DNA of 64,000 nt from Malacoraja senta (lineage: Eukaryota): the NCBI GenBank assembly GCA_038087875.1, contig CM075989.1, positions 10,108,001-10,172,000 on the forward strand, given 5' to 3'. Each line of letters opens with the position of its first letter. Position 1 is the first letter of the stretch. A program made the translations under genes and the position numbers. This document shows positions 14,001-27,130 of this stretch, piece after piece. The notes beneath the pieces are model-generated. The model had not been told where the DNA came from and ran no database searches. It saw nothing but the letters and a program-made list of their open reading frames with translations.

Positions 14001-14899
14001 TGATTGTAGCAAAAAGACACACCATTTCTGATTTATCGTAAATGGAAAGGAAGTCTTTGATGTAGCTTTTACTGTTTGTGTCAGCGCTCACAATACATTC
14101 CAAAAAACTGTATCATATCATTCACTGATTTATGTCTTTTTCAGATCCCACACTTGAATATTCCAGCAAGGACAGTAACTGTTGACAGCATGCTCAGCAA
14201 CTCGAAAGATTTGGGTTACCTTAACAAGAAATTCACTCCAAAATAATGTTTCAACCCAAAACAAAGAGAAATTAGGCAAGATTTCTCGGGACTAGCGAAC
14301 GGGCGACAGACTGCAGAATCTAATGCAAATGATCCTGATTTTCTGATTACACGATTACCAGCCAGAAAACTAGATGGACTTCAGGCAGGTGTACTGATAT
14401 TTGAATTCAGTCGCACAATCTGGATTCATGTTGAGACAGAGACTGTATCGGGAAATGAGAATCTTACAAACTTGACATTCAGGAGCAGAAAGAATTAAAG
14501 AAATGTATGGAACAACTCATGCCTTCATACACAGCATGCTGGGAATAGACGTCCAAATGTTTCAGTGTTTGCTTTGGCACATAAATGCTCCCTTGGTTTT
14601 CAATGAGACAGTGTCAAGAGGTTTCAGCCTTTGAGCCTTGAATTCCTCCGGTTGTAAACATTTATTCTAAAGGACATAACAAAACGCACAGCAATGAGGA
14701 TATGCAGCCCTTCGGAAGTCAGTTAAGGATACGGATAAGACTAAGGAGCAATTGGAGAGGTGTCTCTGTCTGTGGGTCTGACTGCCCCAGATTCTTAAAA
14801 ACGCCGCCAAGTGTTACACATGGAATGAATATACAAACAAGCGGGAGAAGACCGTGCAATTGTTTGACACTGCACTCCATGCACCTACATATCCACGGT

Positions 14900-15290
14900 T
14901 AATGTTTGTGGGCTGAAGTCCATTTCCAGACTTGGCACTCTGGTAGAGTTCAGAAGAAGTGTCTCAATGTCTGAGGTGTCATCTTTCCAATGAGAGATTA
15001 TACTGAGGCTCAGTCACAGATGAAGGGTCTCGACCTGAAACGACGTCTGTCCACTTCCATCCACAGATGCTGCCTGACCCGCTGAGTTCTTCCAGCAGTT
15101 CGTTCTTTGCTCCAGATTCCAGTCTCTTGTCTCCCCCAATCCATTATGTCAGGTGGATGTATGAATAGATCCTACCGGACTATTTCAATGCAGAGCTTGA
15201 CAGTTCTTTGTGATGTCCTGGGGCCAATACTGACATGTCAACCACCATCATTAAAACAGATCATCTGCTCATTATTACACTGTAGCTCAC
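14900..15290 (+). mobile_element. Ancient Deu-domain-like SINE interrupted by a Penelope fragment (15018-15130)
   Basis: TCAGGTGGATGT..AGATCC..ACTATTTC..TGTCCTGG..CCAATA..AAAACAGAT resembles the DeuSINE core. Related copies at ~2680-2870 (-), ~58860-59035 (-) and ~63600-63785 (+). Confidence 0.5.
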
Positions 15291-16129
15291 TGTGATCTGA
15301 ATAGATTGTGGAACAAAGCAGAAGCCTCCCATGATCACTCTGGCTGATTCCTCTCTCCCCCCCCCCCCCCCCCCACCTTCAATTTATTTTCTTTTTGTTG
15401 CTGCTAGGAAAATCTTTGCTTAAATGACGATGTCCATTGCAGAATTTGCTTAGAATGACAGCCTGGTGAACCTGACTTTTCCTCAGCTGAAGCCCACTCA
15501 CAGGCCTGGTCTGCAATATCAGCTGTGGCATTTCAAACTGGCCTCCCTTCTTCCTGGCCCCTTGCCACACAGTTCTGTTTGATGATAACTTCAGTACTCA
15601 TCAGTTTAACAAAAAACATCGGACATGAAGAAAATCAAAAGAATTGGAACGCAGTAAGGCCGTTTCATTAGTCATTGTTTACTCAAGTAGTCACCAGAGG
15701 CTTTATCTCCAAAGCTGGAGGGTGAAGAGTTAAGTGTGTGCCTCAGATAACGTTTCTGACTCATCGTTGCCTGTGTGCACTCAGATAGGAACATAACAAA
15801 TAGAAGCAGGGTTAGGCTCTCTGGTCTTCAAGCCTTTATCGAGAACATGGCTGATCTGCACCATTCCATTTGCCTGCACTATCTCCATATTCCACACTTC
15901 CTCTAATTTCCAGAAGTCTATCGCTCACTTAAAAAAAAAAATGAACACATTGACTGAGCTCCATAAATATCTGGGATGAAGAATGTGAAAGATTCACTTC
16001 CCTCTCAATTAAAACAAAAACTCCACATTTCAGGCAGAAAGGGCCAACCCTTATTTTGAGATTGTGACCTCTGATGCTAGACTCCTCAGCCAGGGAAACA
16101 TCCTCACCGCATACAACCTGTCAAACAAA

Positions 16130-16560
16130 GTGAGAATCACAAACGCTCAACTGCCCTCCTTGGATGATATATATAGGGCCCGATGCTTGTGCTGGGCCAT
16201 AACATCAAGCAGGACACATCCCACCCTGCCAACCACCTTTTCACTCTGCTACCCTCTGGGAGGCGATTCGGGTCTCTGAAGGTTCGCACCGGTAGACTAA
16301 AAAATAGTTTCTACCCATGTGCGATAAAAGAACTTAATTCCAACAGAGAACACTGGGGAAGCAAAATCTAATTCCAAGAAATGCAACATTCTTTTAAAAT
16401 TCTTTTTAAATACTTATTTATTATTTTTACTAATAAGTGTACATATGTGTCAATGGTTGTCGTGTTTGTATTTTTTAACCGGAGGAGATGCAATGGAATT
16501 TCGTTGCACAGTATTGTGCAATGACAATAAACGTATTCATTCATTCATTCATTCATTCAA
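16130..16560 (+). mobile_element. Rex1/Babar-type LINE 3' fragment
   Basis: HPANHLFTLLPSGRRFGSLKVRTGRLKNSFYP C-terminal motif. 3' stem-loop TTGCACAGTATTGTGCAA and (ATTC)n tail. Confidence 0.8.
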
Positions 16561-16849
16561 TGTTTTTATATCTCAATAAGGTCATCTTGTTTAACTCCTA
16601 AGTCTACTCAATCTCTCCACACGTAGTGAGCCCACCATCCCTGGAACTATTCTGGTGAATCCTTAAGGTGAGAAGAGGGCAAAGTTTAAAGGATGTGAGG
16701 GGTAAGAACATGCTGCCATGGATGGTGGTGGAGGCAGGTTCGATAGTGGCTTTTAAGAGGCTTTCAGATCGGCACATGGATATGCAAGGAATAGAGGGAT
16801 ATGGATCACTTGCAGGCAGATGGGATTAATTTATATTGGCATCATGCCC

Positions 16850-17575
16850 ATAATCATAATCATGCTATATTAGCCAAGTATGTTTTACAACATACAAGAA
16901 ATTTCATTTGCCATACAGTCATATCAATAAAATGGAACAGAACACACAAAATACATTTTAACATAAACATCCACCACAGTGACTCCTCCACCTTCCTCAC
17001 TGTGATGGAAGGCGAAAAAAAAGTTCAATATTTTCCCTTCTTTGTTCTCCCGCGGTCGGGGGCATCGAGCCTTCCGTTGATAGGGTGATCTTGGCTCCCT
17101 TAGCCGGTGGTCCAGGCCCTCTCCGTCGGGACAATCAAGCTACTGCATCGGGGGGAATCTCAGCTCCCCCGCGCCGGACGATCTGACCTCAGGTCGGGAC
17201 TGGTCAAAACTTTGTGTCGTTTGGAGCTTCCCGACACCGGTCTCTACCCGAGACTGCGAGCTCCTTGATGGTGAAATCCGCAGGCTGCGGTTGGATAGTC
17301 GATCCCATGCGAGGGATCGTAGGCTCTAATGGTAAGTCCACATCCCCGCAGTGGGGCTCAAAGTCAGTACCGATCAAGGCCGCCCAGCTCCATGATGTTA
17401 AGCCGCAGTGATACGATCCGGAAAATAATCGCATCTCCGGCAAGGTAAGAGATTGAAAAAAAAGTTTACCCCGACCCCCTCCCCCAACCCCAAACAAACC
17501 AGAGAATAATTAACACATACTATTAAAACACACTAAAAATAACAAAAAAAGACAAAAAGACAGACAGAATGTTCT
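16850..17575 (-). mobile_element. GC-rich non-autonomous retroposon related to 25831-26667
   Basis: Shares CATCCA.CACAG...CTGTGATGGAAGGC.AAAAAA and the poly-C/A-rich end. (ATTATG)n tail on the minus strand. Confidence 0.65.
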
Positions 17576-19389
17576 GCAGCTGCAGTTCCAAACTCTTCCA
17601 TTTGTTATTTTCTTGAATAATAGCAGTTGTTGTTAACAGCAGTAGCTGTTATCTGGCAAGTGAAACATCTAACCAACTACTAGAGAGCAGTCCTGAGCAA
17701 CTATCTACATCATTGGAGACCCTCGGACTATCTTTGATCAGGCTTTACCTTGCACCTTGCAATGGCTACATCCGTTATTCATGTTATTCCTTTTTCATGT
17801 ACGTGTACACTGCGGATAGCTCGATCGTAATCATGTATTGTCTTTCCGCTGACTGGTTGGCACGCAACAAAGGCTTCTCATTGCACCTCGGTACACATGA
17901 CAATAAACTAAACTCAACTACTTCGAACGAGTGTGAACAATTTTATACCTAGGATGTGGGTACCAACCCTCTTGAGGGCCTGCAATTGGTGAGGTGCGTG
18001 ACCTTCACACCCAATCAACTGACCCACAAAAGAAATAGGCAAGTGATGAAGAAGCCGTTAACATTTAGGGCACGGTTCACAGTGGCAGAAGCCCATGCTA
18101 CCTTGGCATTGATCTGATCACAGTCAGTCACCACTTATACAACACTCTTCAAGGGAGCCACAAAACAGCAACACAATAGACTGCCAAGGACACGAGGGAA
18201 GGAGAAAGGAATGAGAAAGGGGACATATCACGATTGTTTAGCCCCAAGGGCAACTATGCTGGGTGTCATAAGGTCATACAAGTTCTAGGAGCAGAATTAG
18301 GCCATTCGGCCCATCAAGTCTATTCTGCCATTCAATCATGACCGATCCATCTTTCCCTTTCAACCCTGTCCTCCTGCCTTCTCTCCATAACCCCTGCACC
18401 CTTACTAATCAAGAAGCCCCGAGTTACTGTGAGGTTTGAGCTCATGAAGGAGCAGTGATTAAGCATTTTGCATGGAGGTGGTATTGAGATGATATGACTT
18501 TGTAAGTAATGTCTGTGGTCAAAAGTGGACAGCAGCACAGTTAGCCTACTAGAGTCCATGGACATTAAATTCATGTCCCATTGAGGACATGTTGCTCGGT
18601 GTGGGCAAGTTGGGCTGAAGGGCTTGTTTCCACACTATATGACTCTATGACCCTTGAATTTACACCTTCTTTGCTGCCTTGCCATGGGCTATGCTTCTTG
18701 TTAAACTGTGATACAAAAACACAGGTCATTGGTTGCAACTGTAGCGGCCAATTTCTATTGGAAAATGAAAAACTAGTCACTGCTCACTGGATGATATGAT
18801 CAGATGCACCTCCAAGACTGGTTAGACATCAGATAAGCTGAGATGAGCCATTCCTAGAGGTTCCTGGGACCAATTTCCCAATGGTTGCTAAAGAGATCTA
18901 ACATGCCCCAAATGACTTAAATCCACAATTTGTGCAAGAAAAAGCTTAAACAAATGCGTCCAATATGTACATATCTTATCTTGCTTTATCTGGAACCCCT
19001 GCTGATGTATTATTCCGAGGTCTTGTTTTGTTGACATTTGGTAAGTCCTTTCATTGTATCAGCTGTAGATCAATGGAAAGTCCTCTACCACCAACTTAGA
19101 GGTTTGTGTGTTTGAGTTGAATTAAGATTGAGCTCTGGGAGTGTATAATAACATTGCAACACAGAGGGAGGTCATTTGGCTTAAAATGTCTATGCTGGCA
19201 GAGCAAGTCATTAGTGTCATTCTCCCTCCTTATTTCTCCTGCAACTATCTTACTTTTTCACATGTACATCAAAACTCCTTCGATTCTTTTGCTACCTACG
19301 TACTCTCGGGGTAAGTTAATCATTTATCCACCAGGACATGTTTGGGCCAAGGGGGGAAACTGGAGCATCTGGGGGGTGGGTTTGCGATA

Positions 19390-19790
19390 GTACCTATCTC
19401 AACTACCTCCTTCGGCAGCTCGTTCCATACACCACCACCCTTTCTGTGAAAACGTTCCCATTTTCGGAACCTGAAAACGAATCAGGTTCCCATTAAATCT
19501 TTGCCCCCCTCACCTTAAACCTATGTCATCTGGTTCTCGATTTCCCAACTCTAGGTGAGACTCTGTGTGTCTACCCGATCTATTCCTCTCATGATTTTGT
19601 ACATCACTCTAAGATCACCCCTCATCCTCCAGCGCTCCAAGGAATAGAGTCCGTGCCTACTCAACCTCTCAGGCCCGAGCTCAGGCCCTCGAGTCCTGGC
19701 AACATCTTTATAAATCTTCTCTGCACCTTTTCCAACTTAACAACGTATTTTCTATAACACGGTGCCCAGAACTAAACACAATAATGTTCT
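19390..19790 (-). mobile_element. CR1-type LINE fragment
   Basis: Minus-strand translation LEKVQRRFIKMLPGLEGL, LYSLERWRMRGDL. Confidence 0.85.
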
Positions 19791-21094
19791 CGATAGAGAA
19801 CAGCCATGAGCTGGTTGGGATATAAAACTAAATTTGACTTAAGGAGCTGATGTTCCCACTGTCCCAGACTTCATGAGACACAGGGCAATTATCATTTGTG
19901 AAATTCTTGTCAGGATTGTGTAGAAAAAATCTGAGCCTTTTCAAACTAAATAAAGCCCTTTGTGTAAATATGGAATTCGAAATCAGATCCCAGCGTGCTT
20001 GAAGTCAAATAAAATTAAGTCACAATTTCACTTCCTCGTTGCATCCATATAATGTCTGGGATGGTCCAAAGCCCTCACCAAGCCATTAATTATTTATTGG
20101 AATTATGGTAACCACCGGAAGCACAGCAGCCACAGTGTACACAGCAAGCTCCCACAAATATCACTAACACCTAGACAATGCAACACACTTTCAAATGCAT
20201 AACCTATGAGTCATAGCAACCGCATTGTAAATATCTCAATTCAACATGGAAGATTAATTAATTCTACAAAGAGAGTATCAGATAAGGACATTCGATCCAA
20301 TCAAGCTCTTGGTTACAATCCACATTTTCTGATACCACCTTTAATGCAAGAGATGGAGTATAAAAGTAGGGAAGGCTTACTATAAGTCTGTATTTCATTG
20401 GTGAGCATAACCCTGGAGATCTGCACATTGTTTTTGTCTCCTTATAAGAAGCATATCATTCAGAACTCTCCCCATTCTGCTTTGGACAGCATCATTGAAT
20501 TATTCTACACAACTGTTTAGCATCCAAAATATGCCACTTCACATTGAGAGCAGCCCTTCCCACTATTCCTGTAAACTGTCTGCCTGGATTTTGTGTTTAG
20601 GTCCCAGAAAAACATTGTTCCCACAACCTTATGGCTCAAAAGGTGCAAATGTATGGAAAATAAAGAAAAACAAGTGGATGATTTTACACTTTAAGGTGTA
20701 AAGATTTTAAAATAAAACTAGGCTTAATATATTTCTGACCTCCTTGATTCCTTGTTGCTTATTTGAATCAGGTATTGGTTCAGTGCTCTCCTTGAGGCCT
20801 GGGGATAGATACATACAAGCCCTGACCTCATGCATGTGACCTTAGATGGAAGTGATGGTGAGATATCGAGCCATTAAAGGGGCACTTACTTGTCGAACTC
20901 ACAGGACCATGAGGGACAAAGGCTGAATTTCCTCCAATTCCGAACAGGAGCCATCCTACAGAAAGAGCCCAGACAGGGGATTCTAATGGCGGAAAAAAGA
21001 CATAGTATTACATTTCTATGGTGCCTCAGGTCATCGTAGAGCATCTAACAGACAATGAAGTACAATAAACTATAGTAATACAAGAAATCCAGCA

Positions 21095-21340
21095 GATTTT
21101 TTTAGTCGGAGGGTGGTGAATCTGTGGAATTCTTTGCCTCAGAAGGCTGTAGAGGCCAAGTCAGTGGGTATTTTTAAGGCAGAGATAGATAGATTTTTGA
21201 TTAGTACAGGTATCAGATATGGCGAGAAGGCAGGAGAATGGGGTTAGGAGGGAGAGATAGATCAGCCATGATTAAATGGCAGAGTGAACTTGATGGGCCG
21301 AATGGCCAATTCTACTCCTATTTCTTATGGCCTTATGACC
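21095..21340 (+). mobile_element. CR1-type LINE 3' end
   Basis: RVVNLWNSLP..FKAEIDRFL, followed by a 3' UTR with GGGCCGAATGGCC. Confidence 0.85.
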
Positions 21341-21786
21341 AGAGAGAACTCTGCTACTGATCTGTCACCCTCTTTCACCCCAATCAGATGGAAGGAATGA
21401 TTTAACACTTCCTTGGAAAGTTGCATCACTGAGAGTGAAGCAATCCTTCTTCGTTGCTGCCCTGCGTGCCAGCCTAGATTACATTGTGCTTATCAGGAGG
21501 CAAGAGAGCTCCTCTTAGAGCAACGACTGACTCTGTACCTTGGTACACATGACAATAATAAACCTAAACTTAAACCTGATGGCTTTCAACTTCATTATGG
21601 ATTGCACTGAATTTTCTTCAAGAGATTTCTAACCCAACATCAATCGCCGGCTCACCCTGTAGTCAGAGTCACAAGAATTGCTTGGGAACCATTCAAAAAT
21701 GTCCAATCCTGCACCAATCCTCAGTCATCATCTCATGATGAAGGTCACATCACTTCCTTCATTTAACAGATGATTACCCGGGAACT

Positions 21787-22072
21787 AGTTTAGTTTAGAG
21801 ATACAGCGTGGAAACGGGCCCTTCGGCCCACCAAGCCCGCGCCGACCAGCAATCCCTGCACACTAACACCATCCTACACACACTAGGGATAATTTACAAT
21901 TTACCAAGCCAATTAACCTACAAACCTGTACGTCTTTGGAGTGTGGGAAAAAAACGGAGATAACTTACGTGGTCACGGGGAGAACATACAAACTCTGTAC
22001 AGACAGCACCAGTAGTCAAGATCGAATCCAGGTTTCTGGCACTGTAAGGCAGCAACTCTACCACTGCGCCAC
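21787..22072 (-). mobile_element. tRNA-derived V-SINE (HE1-like)
   Basis: Same family, near full length. Confidence 0.88.
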
Positions 22073-22249
22073 CCGACATTTGTTGAACTCGCCCCAAGAT
22101 GTTTTATTTGAGGATTGCATTTAGTTCTATCCCTTTGCAACAAGGACCACGTTATTCGCTTTCGGCCATATTTTAGTGTCAAACATTTGGGAGAAGCAGA
22201 AATTGTTTAAAAGAGGAAAATATATATTTTTTAAATTCATATCACCTGC

Positions 22250-22890
22250 TATAAGAAAGATGGAGAGCGTGCAGAGAAGATTTACTTGGGATGTTGTCCA
22301 GACCCATGGGACTGAGCTATAGGGAGAGATTGGGCAGGCTCGGACTTTATTCCTTGGACCACAGGAGGACGAGGGATGGTCTTATTGAGGTGTAAGGGAA
22401 TAGATAGAGTGAATGCACAGAGTATTTTTCGCAGGATAGAGGAATCAAGAACTAGACGGCATGGGTTTCAGGTAAGAGGAGAACGATTTAATGAAAAACT
22501 GAGGGGCAACCTTTTCACACAGAAGGTGGTAGGTATATGTAATGAGCTGCCGGAGGGGGTAGTAGAGGCAGGTACTGTAACAACATTAAAAAGACACTTG
22601 GAAAGCTACATGGAAAGGAAAGATTTGGCTAACGGAATCAGGGGATTTGGGGAAAAAGCAGGAACATGGTACTGATTCTGGATGATCAGCCATGATCATA
22701 TTGAATGGTGGTGCTGGCTCGAAGGGCCGAATGGCCTACTCCTGCGCCTACTTTCTATGTTTCTATTTCGATTTGGAGGGATATGGACCAAATGTGGGCA
22801 AATGGGACTAGCTTAGATGGGGCATCTTGGTCGGTGTGGACGAGTTAGGCCGAAAGGCCTGTTTCTATGCTATTTGACTCTGTGACTTGC
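22250..22890 (+). mobile_element. CR1-type LINE 3' end with a nested second CR1 tail (22629-22769)
   Basis: RTRRHGFQVRGERF, VVGICNELP. GATTTGG is duplicated at 22622-22628 and 22770-22776. Confidence 0.85.
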
Positions 22891-23759
22891 TGTTCTCCAT
22901 TAGCTCTTTGCCTAGGGAACCTCTGCATTGTTGGTTGATGTTGTATTGGCAATATTCAGTACATCCACTCCACCTCCCTAGCCTCCACCAATCCAACTCT
23001 ACAACCCCCCCCCCCCCGATCCCAGACGGAGCCCTAGATCCTGGGAAAGGCCGGGGTCTCATTTAGACAGAGGTCCCCCTTCATCCAACCGTTAGCTTGC
23101 ACCAAAAAATCTTGGTGATGGTCAAAGGTAGAACAGTAGAAGGACCTGCTGAGGTGATGACTAGGAGATTGCACCCCCAGCGGCAATACGAGGGACCATG
23201 GCCCATCAGAAGGTGATGGGCCCAGTGGTTGGCAAACCACTCTGTTATCTTGAACATCTACACACTGGAGCCAAAGATGTCTCATTTGGTGGGTGAGTCA
23301 GACAATCTGTCGTATTACATCTCCCCACCACCCCTCCTTTCCCAGCCTGCACATCCTTCTTTGCTCCACCACTAGCTCTAGACTTCCCGCACTGCTTCTC
23401 CCAGCTCCTTGTGACTCACCTTAGAATCCGTGCCCTTTTGCTCATCTGTTCTTATCTGGCGGTCTCAAATTTCAGGTTGATTCACGCCCCAAGATGTTTT
23501 ATTACGGCAATGTTTTTACGTAACTGTAAAATGCTCCCACCAATTCTGCTCCCTATCTGCTCTCCCCCAGAGTGTATCATGGCAACCTGTCTCACCCTGA
23601 ATTATCCTCGGTAACTAATACCCTCCCTCCATCGCCCCCATTCCCCAGCATTGGACTCATTGTCAATTAATGACAGTGTGGTGAAAATGTAACAGATTTT
23701 CAAATACAAAACCTATGAGTCAGAGCAGTAACTCTGCATTGCCCTAAACATCAGTTTTA

Positions 23760-23977
23760 AGGGCCTGTCCCACTTTCACGACCTAATTCACGACCTCTGC
23801 CGAGTTTGCCCTTGACTCATACTCGCAGCATGGTCGTCAGGAGGTCGTAGGTAGGCCGCAGCAGGTCGTGATGCTAGTCGTAGGTACTCGTGGCATCAAG
23901 CGTTTTTTATAGCCTGATGCAAAATGTTCACGAGTAAAAAAGGTCGTGAATTAGGTCGCGAAAGTGGGACAGGCCCT
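23760..23977. mobile_element. PIF/Harbinger-like MITE
   Basis: TIR AGGGCCTGTCCCACTTTC...GAAAGTGGGACAGGCCCT with TTA duplicated on both sides. Non-coding. Confidence 0.8.
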
Positions 23978-24574
23978 TTATTTAGTTTAGTTTCGTTTAT
24001 TGTCACGTGTACCAAGGTACATTGTAAAGCTTTTGTTGCGTGCTAACCAGTCAGCGGAACGACAATACACGATTATAATCGAGCCATCCACAGTGTACAG
24101 ATACATGATAAAGGGAATAACGTTTAGTGCAAGATGAAGTAGAGTAAAGAGAGTCTGAGGGTCTCCAACAAGGTGGATAGTAGCTCACGACTGCTCTCTA
24201 GTTGTTGGTAGGATGGTCAAAATGAAGCATGAACGGACCTACCGACAAATCTCCCTACACTATTGGAGGTCTTTGGAATACATAACCTCGGGCTAGCAAA
24301 TTGCATCCTCTTCCTCTAATGCCAACTCTGTTATTACAAGTGTGATGGAGTACAGAAATAGGAAATAGGGAAAACCTGCCCCAAATCTGCAGGCCATAAG
24401 TGAGGCATCTGGAGGAACACACACACAGTTTCAGTCTCCTCACTGAACAAAGGAGATATTTGCTTTGGAACCAGTTTATGTTTTCTGTGTAACAGCAGTC
24501 GCTGCATTTCACAAAGTGATACATTTGTTGCAAAATAACTTTTATGATGCCCCAAGGGTGTGAAAGCCTTCTTT

Positions 24575-24768
24575 CCCTTCCTCACCCGTACTCCTCCTTA
24601 TCTTCCTTCCTCTTTTTCGTCCTCTCTTCCCCCTCCCTCCACTTCTCCTTCCCATCCTTCCTGCCTTCCCTTCTTCCAACCATCCTCCCTCCCCCCCCTT
24701 CCTTCCTCTCTCCTCCTTCCCTCCCTTCTTCCTTCCCTCCTCTCCTCCCCTCCCTCTCTACCCCACCT
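24575..24768. repeat. Polypyrimidine/polypurine low-complexity tract
   Basis: Almost only C/T on the plus strand. Confidence 0.85.
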
Positions 24769-25237
24769 GGGATGAGGGACCACAGTTACAAAGGTAGATC
24801 AGATAAACTGGAATTGTGTTCTTTGGAGAAGGGATTAGATTTGGATTAAGTGGATAGTCGGAGGCTGCTCCTTGCGATGGAGGGGGTCAAAGATTAGAGG
24901 TCACAGATATAAAGTAAAAGGGAATAGGATTAAGAATGACAAGAAGTTGAACCTTCTACACAGCAAATAGTTGGAATCTGGAATGCAGATGTGGTGGAGT
25001 CAGTTTCCATTGTGGTCTTTGTCAATATTTGGTGAAGAAACAGTTGCCAGACTGTGGAGAACGGGCTGGTTATGGAACCGATGAATTGTTCTGATAGGGA
25101 GCCAGAATGGACACAGTGAGCCCGATGAGCTCCTTTCGCTCTGGAATCCCTCCGTGATATAATTTTATGAGCCTCAAAGTTCCTCTCCTGGCATGCAACA
25201 AAGAAATTCTGCCACGAAAACCAGGTGTAGATATCAA

Positions 25238-25445
25238 AGATAGACACAAAGTGCTGGAGTAACTCAGCGGGTCAGGCAGCATCTCTAGAGAAATAGGATG
25301 GGTGATGTTTCAGTCTCGGAAGAAGGGCCCAACCCAAAACATCACCCATCCTTCTTTCCAGACATGCTGCCTGATCCATTAAGTTACTCCAGCACTTTGT
25401 GTCTATCTTTAGTATAAACCAGCATCTGCTGTTCTTTGTTTCTAC
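25238..25445. mobile_element. Palindromic Penelope-derived fragment
   Basis: AGATAGACACAAAGTGCTGGAGTAACT...AGTTACTCCAGCACTTTGTGTCTATCT inverted arms. Confidence 0.75.
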
Positions 25446-25739
25446 AGCTGTTGATATCCTCGTTTTTTCTTCTATAAAATCGAAGTTTGCTTATAGCACG
25501 AATACCTTGTGACTCCTTTAAACATCTTCATAAACAACATGCTTTCACAGAGCAGAAGGTTCCCCAGATTCATTCCAGATATTATAATGGTTACCTTATG
25601 ACAGGGACTTGAGCAGAGTCCGTCCATACTCTGGAGTTGAGATGAGAGGAGCTGAGTAAAACTTGTGGGGCTTGTGTGTCTGGATGCTGTGAGGATGTTT
25701 TCTCTGGCGTGAGAGTCTTGATCTAGGGAGCCTAGTCCC

Positions 25740-27130
25740 TGGATAATACTTTTATCAGGGTGCATCACAGCATGGTTTGGGAATAGCTCCATCCAAGACC
25801 TCAAGAAATTGCGGAGAATTGTGGATACAATACAATACAATACAATTTATTTGTCATTCGGACCCCGTTGAGGTCCAAACGAAATGTCGTTTCTGCAGCC
25901 ATACATTACAAAACGAAAAAGACCCGAGACACAACACAATTTACACATACATCCATCACAGCGCTGTGATGGAAGGCAAAAAAACCTTATCTCTCCACTG
26001 CACTCCCCCCCCCCCCGATGTCAGAGTCAAAGTCAAAGCCCCCGGCGGGCGATGGTGATTATCCCGCGGCCATTAAAGCCACGCCGGGCGATGCAAGGTC
26101 GCGCACCGGGTCTTGGTGTTAGAGCCCCGGCGTGCGCTCACAAAGTCCCGCGGCCATTCCAAGCCGTGCGGGGCGATGATGTAAAGCCCCGCTCCAGGTG
26201 CTCTTCAACCCCGCAACTCGGGCGGGAGAAGTCGCCGCTGCGGAAGCCCCGAAAAGCGGTCTCCCATCAGGGACCCGCGGGCTTCCGGTGTTGCCGTCCG
26301 CCAGACCCGCGGCCGTAGCCTCCGAATCTCCGGGGGTCGGGTCGCAGCAGCGATTGTCTCCACCACAGCTCCACCCGCTCCGGACTCGGCCAGCCCCGTG
26401 ACGGTGAGTAGTCCGCAGCTCCGCAACTGGAGCCCCAGGTCGTTCCTGCTGGAGGCCGCTCCACGTTGCCCAGCGACAACGGAGACCCGACAAGAAAAGG
26501 TCGGGTCTCCCGTGCAGAGGAAAGATTTTAAAGTCCCCCCCCCCACCCCCACCCCCCCCACACACATACCCCGACAAAAAATAATAAAAACTACATAGAA
26601 ACGAGACAAAAATAATAGAAAGACAGACGGACTGCAGAGGCCGCTGCTGACGAAAGTCACGCCGCCCTGGATGCAACCCAGACCATCACACAAACCACCC
26701 TCCCTTCCTTGGACTCCATTTACATTTCACGCTCCCTCGGCAAGACCACCAGCATAAACGAGGACGAGTCCCACCCCGGTCACTCCCTCTTCTCCCCTCT
26801 CCCATCAGCCAAGAGGTACAGAAGTGTGAAAACACACACCTCCAGATTCAGAGACAGTTTCTTCCCAGCTGTTATCAGGCAACTGAACCATCTTATCAAT
26901 AACTAGAGAGCAGACCCGAGATGCTATCTGCGTCATTGAAGACCATCGGACTATCTTTAATCAGACTTTACTGGACTTTATCTAGCACTAAACGTTATTC
27001 CCTTTATCATGTATCTGTACACTGTGGGCGGCACGATTGTAATCATGTATTGTCTTTCTGCTGACTGGTTAGCACGCAACAAAAGCTTTTCACTGTACCT
27101 CGGTACACGTGACAATAAAAACTAAACTAA
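25740..27130 (+). mobile_element. Rex1/Babar-type LINE 3' fragment split by an insertion
   Basis: GCITAWFGNSSIQDLKKLRRIV at 25757-25823 resumes at 26668, then HPGHSLFSPLPSAKRYRSVKTHTSRFRDSFFP and a (TAAAC)n tail. The same 3' UTR occurs alone at 654-872 (-), 17670-17920, 23981-24217 (-) and 53895-54100. Confidence 0.82.
25831..26667 (-). mobile_element. GC-rich non-autonomous retroposon with (TTGTA)n tail
   Basis: Flanked by TGGATACAA / TGGATGCAA. Minus-strand 3' end ATTTCGTT-stem-loop-AATGACAAATAAA. No recognisable protein. Confidence 0.7.

Noticed and set aside
14145..14225. Acceptor-like TCTTTTTCAG followed by a short open frame
   Set aside because: The frame closes within about 27 codons and I see no recognisable homology.
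24544..24849. Pro/Ser-rich ORFs here and at 52760-53244
   Set aside because: Translations of low-complexity purine/pyrimidine tracts.
25884..26693. Overlapping 144-185 aa ORFs on both strands
   Set aside because: Stop-poor GC-rich repeat interior with no recognisable domain.
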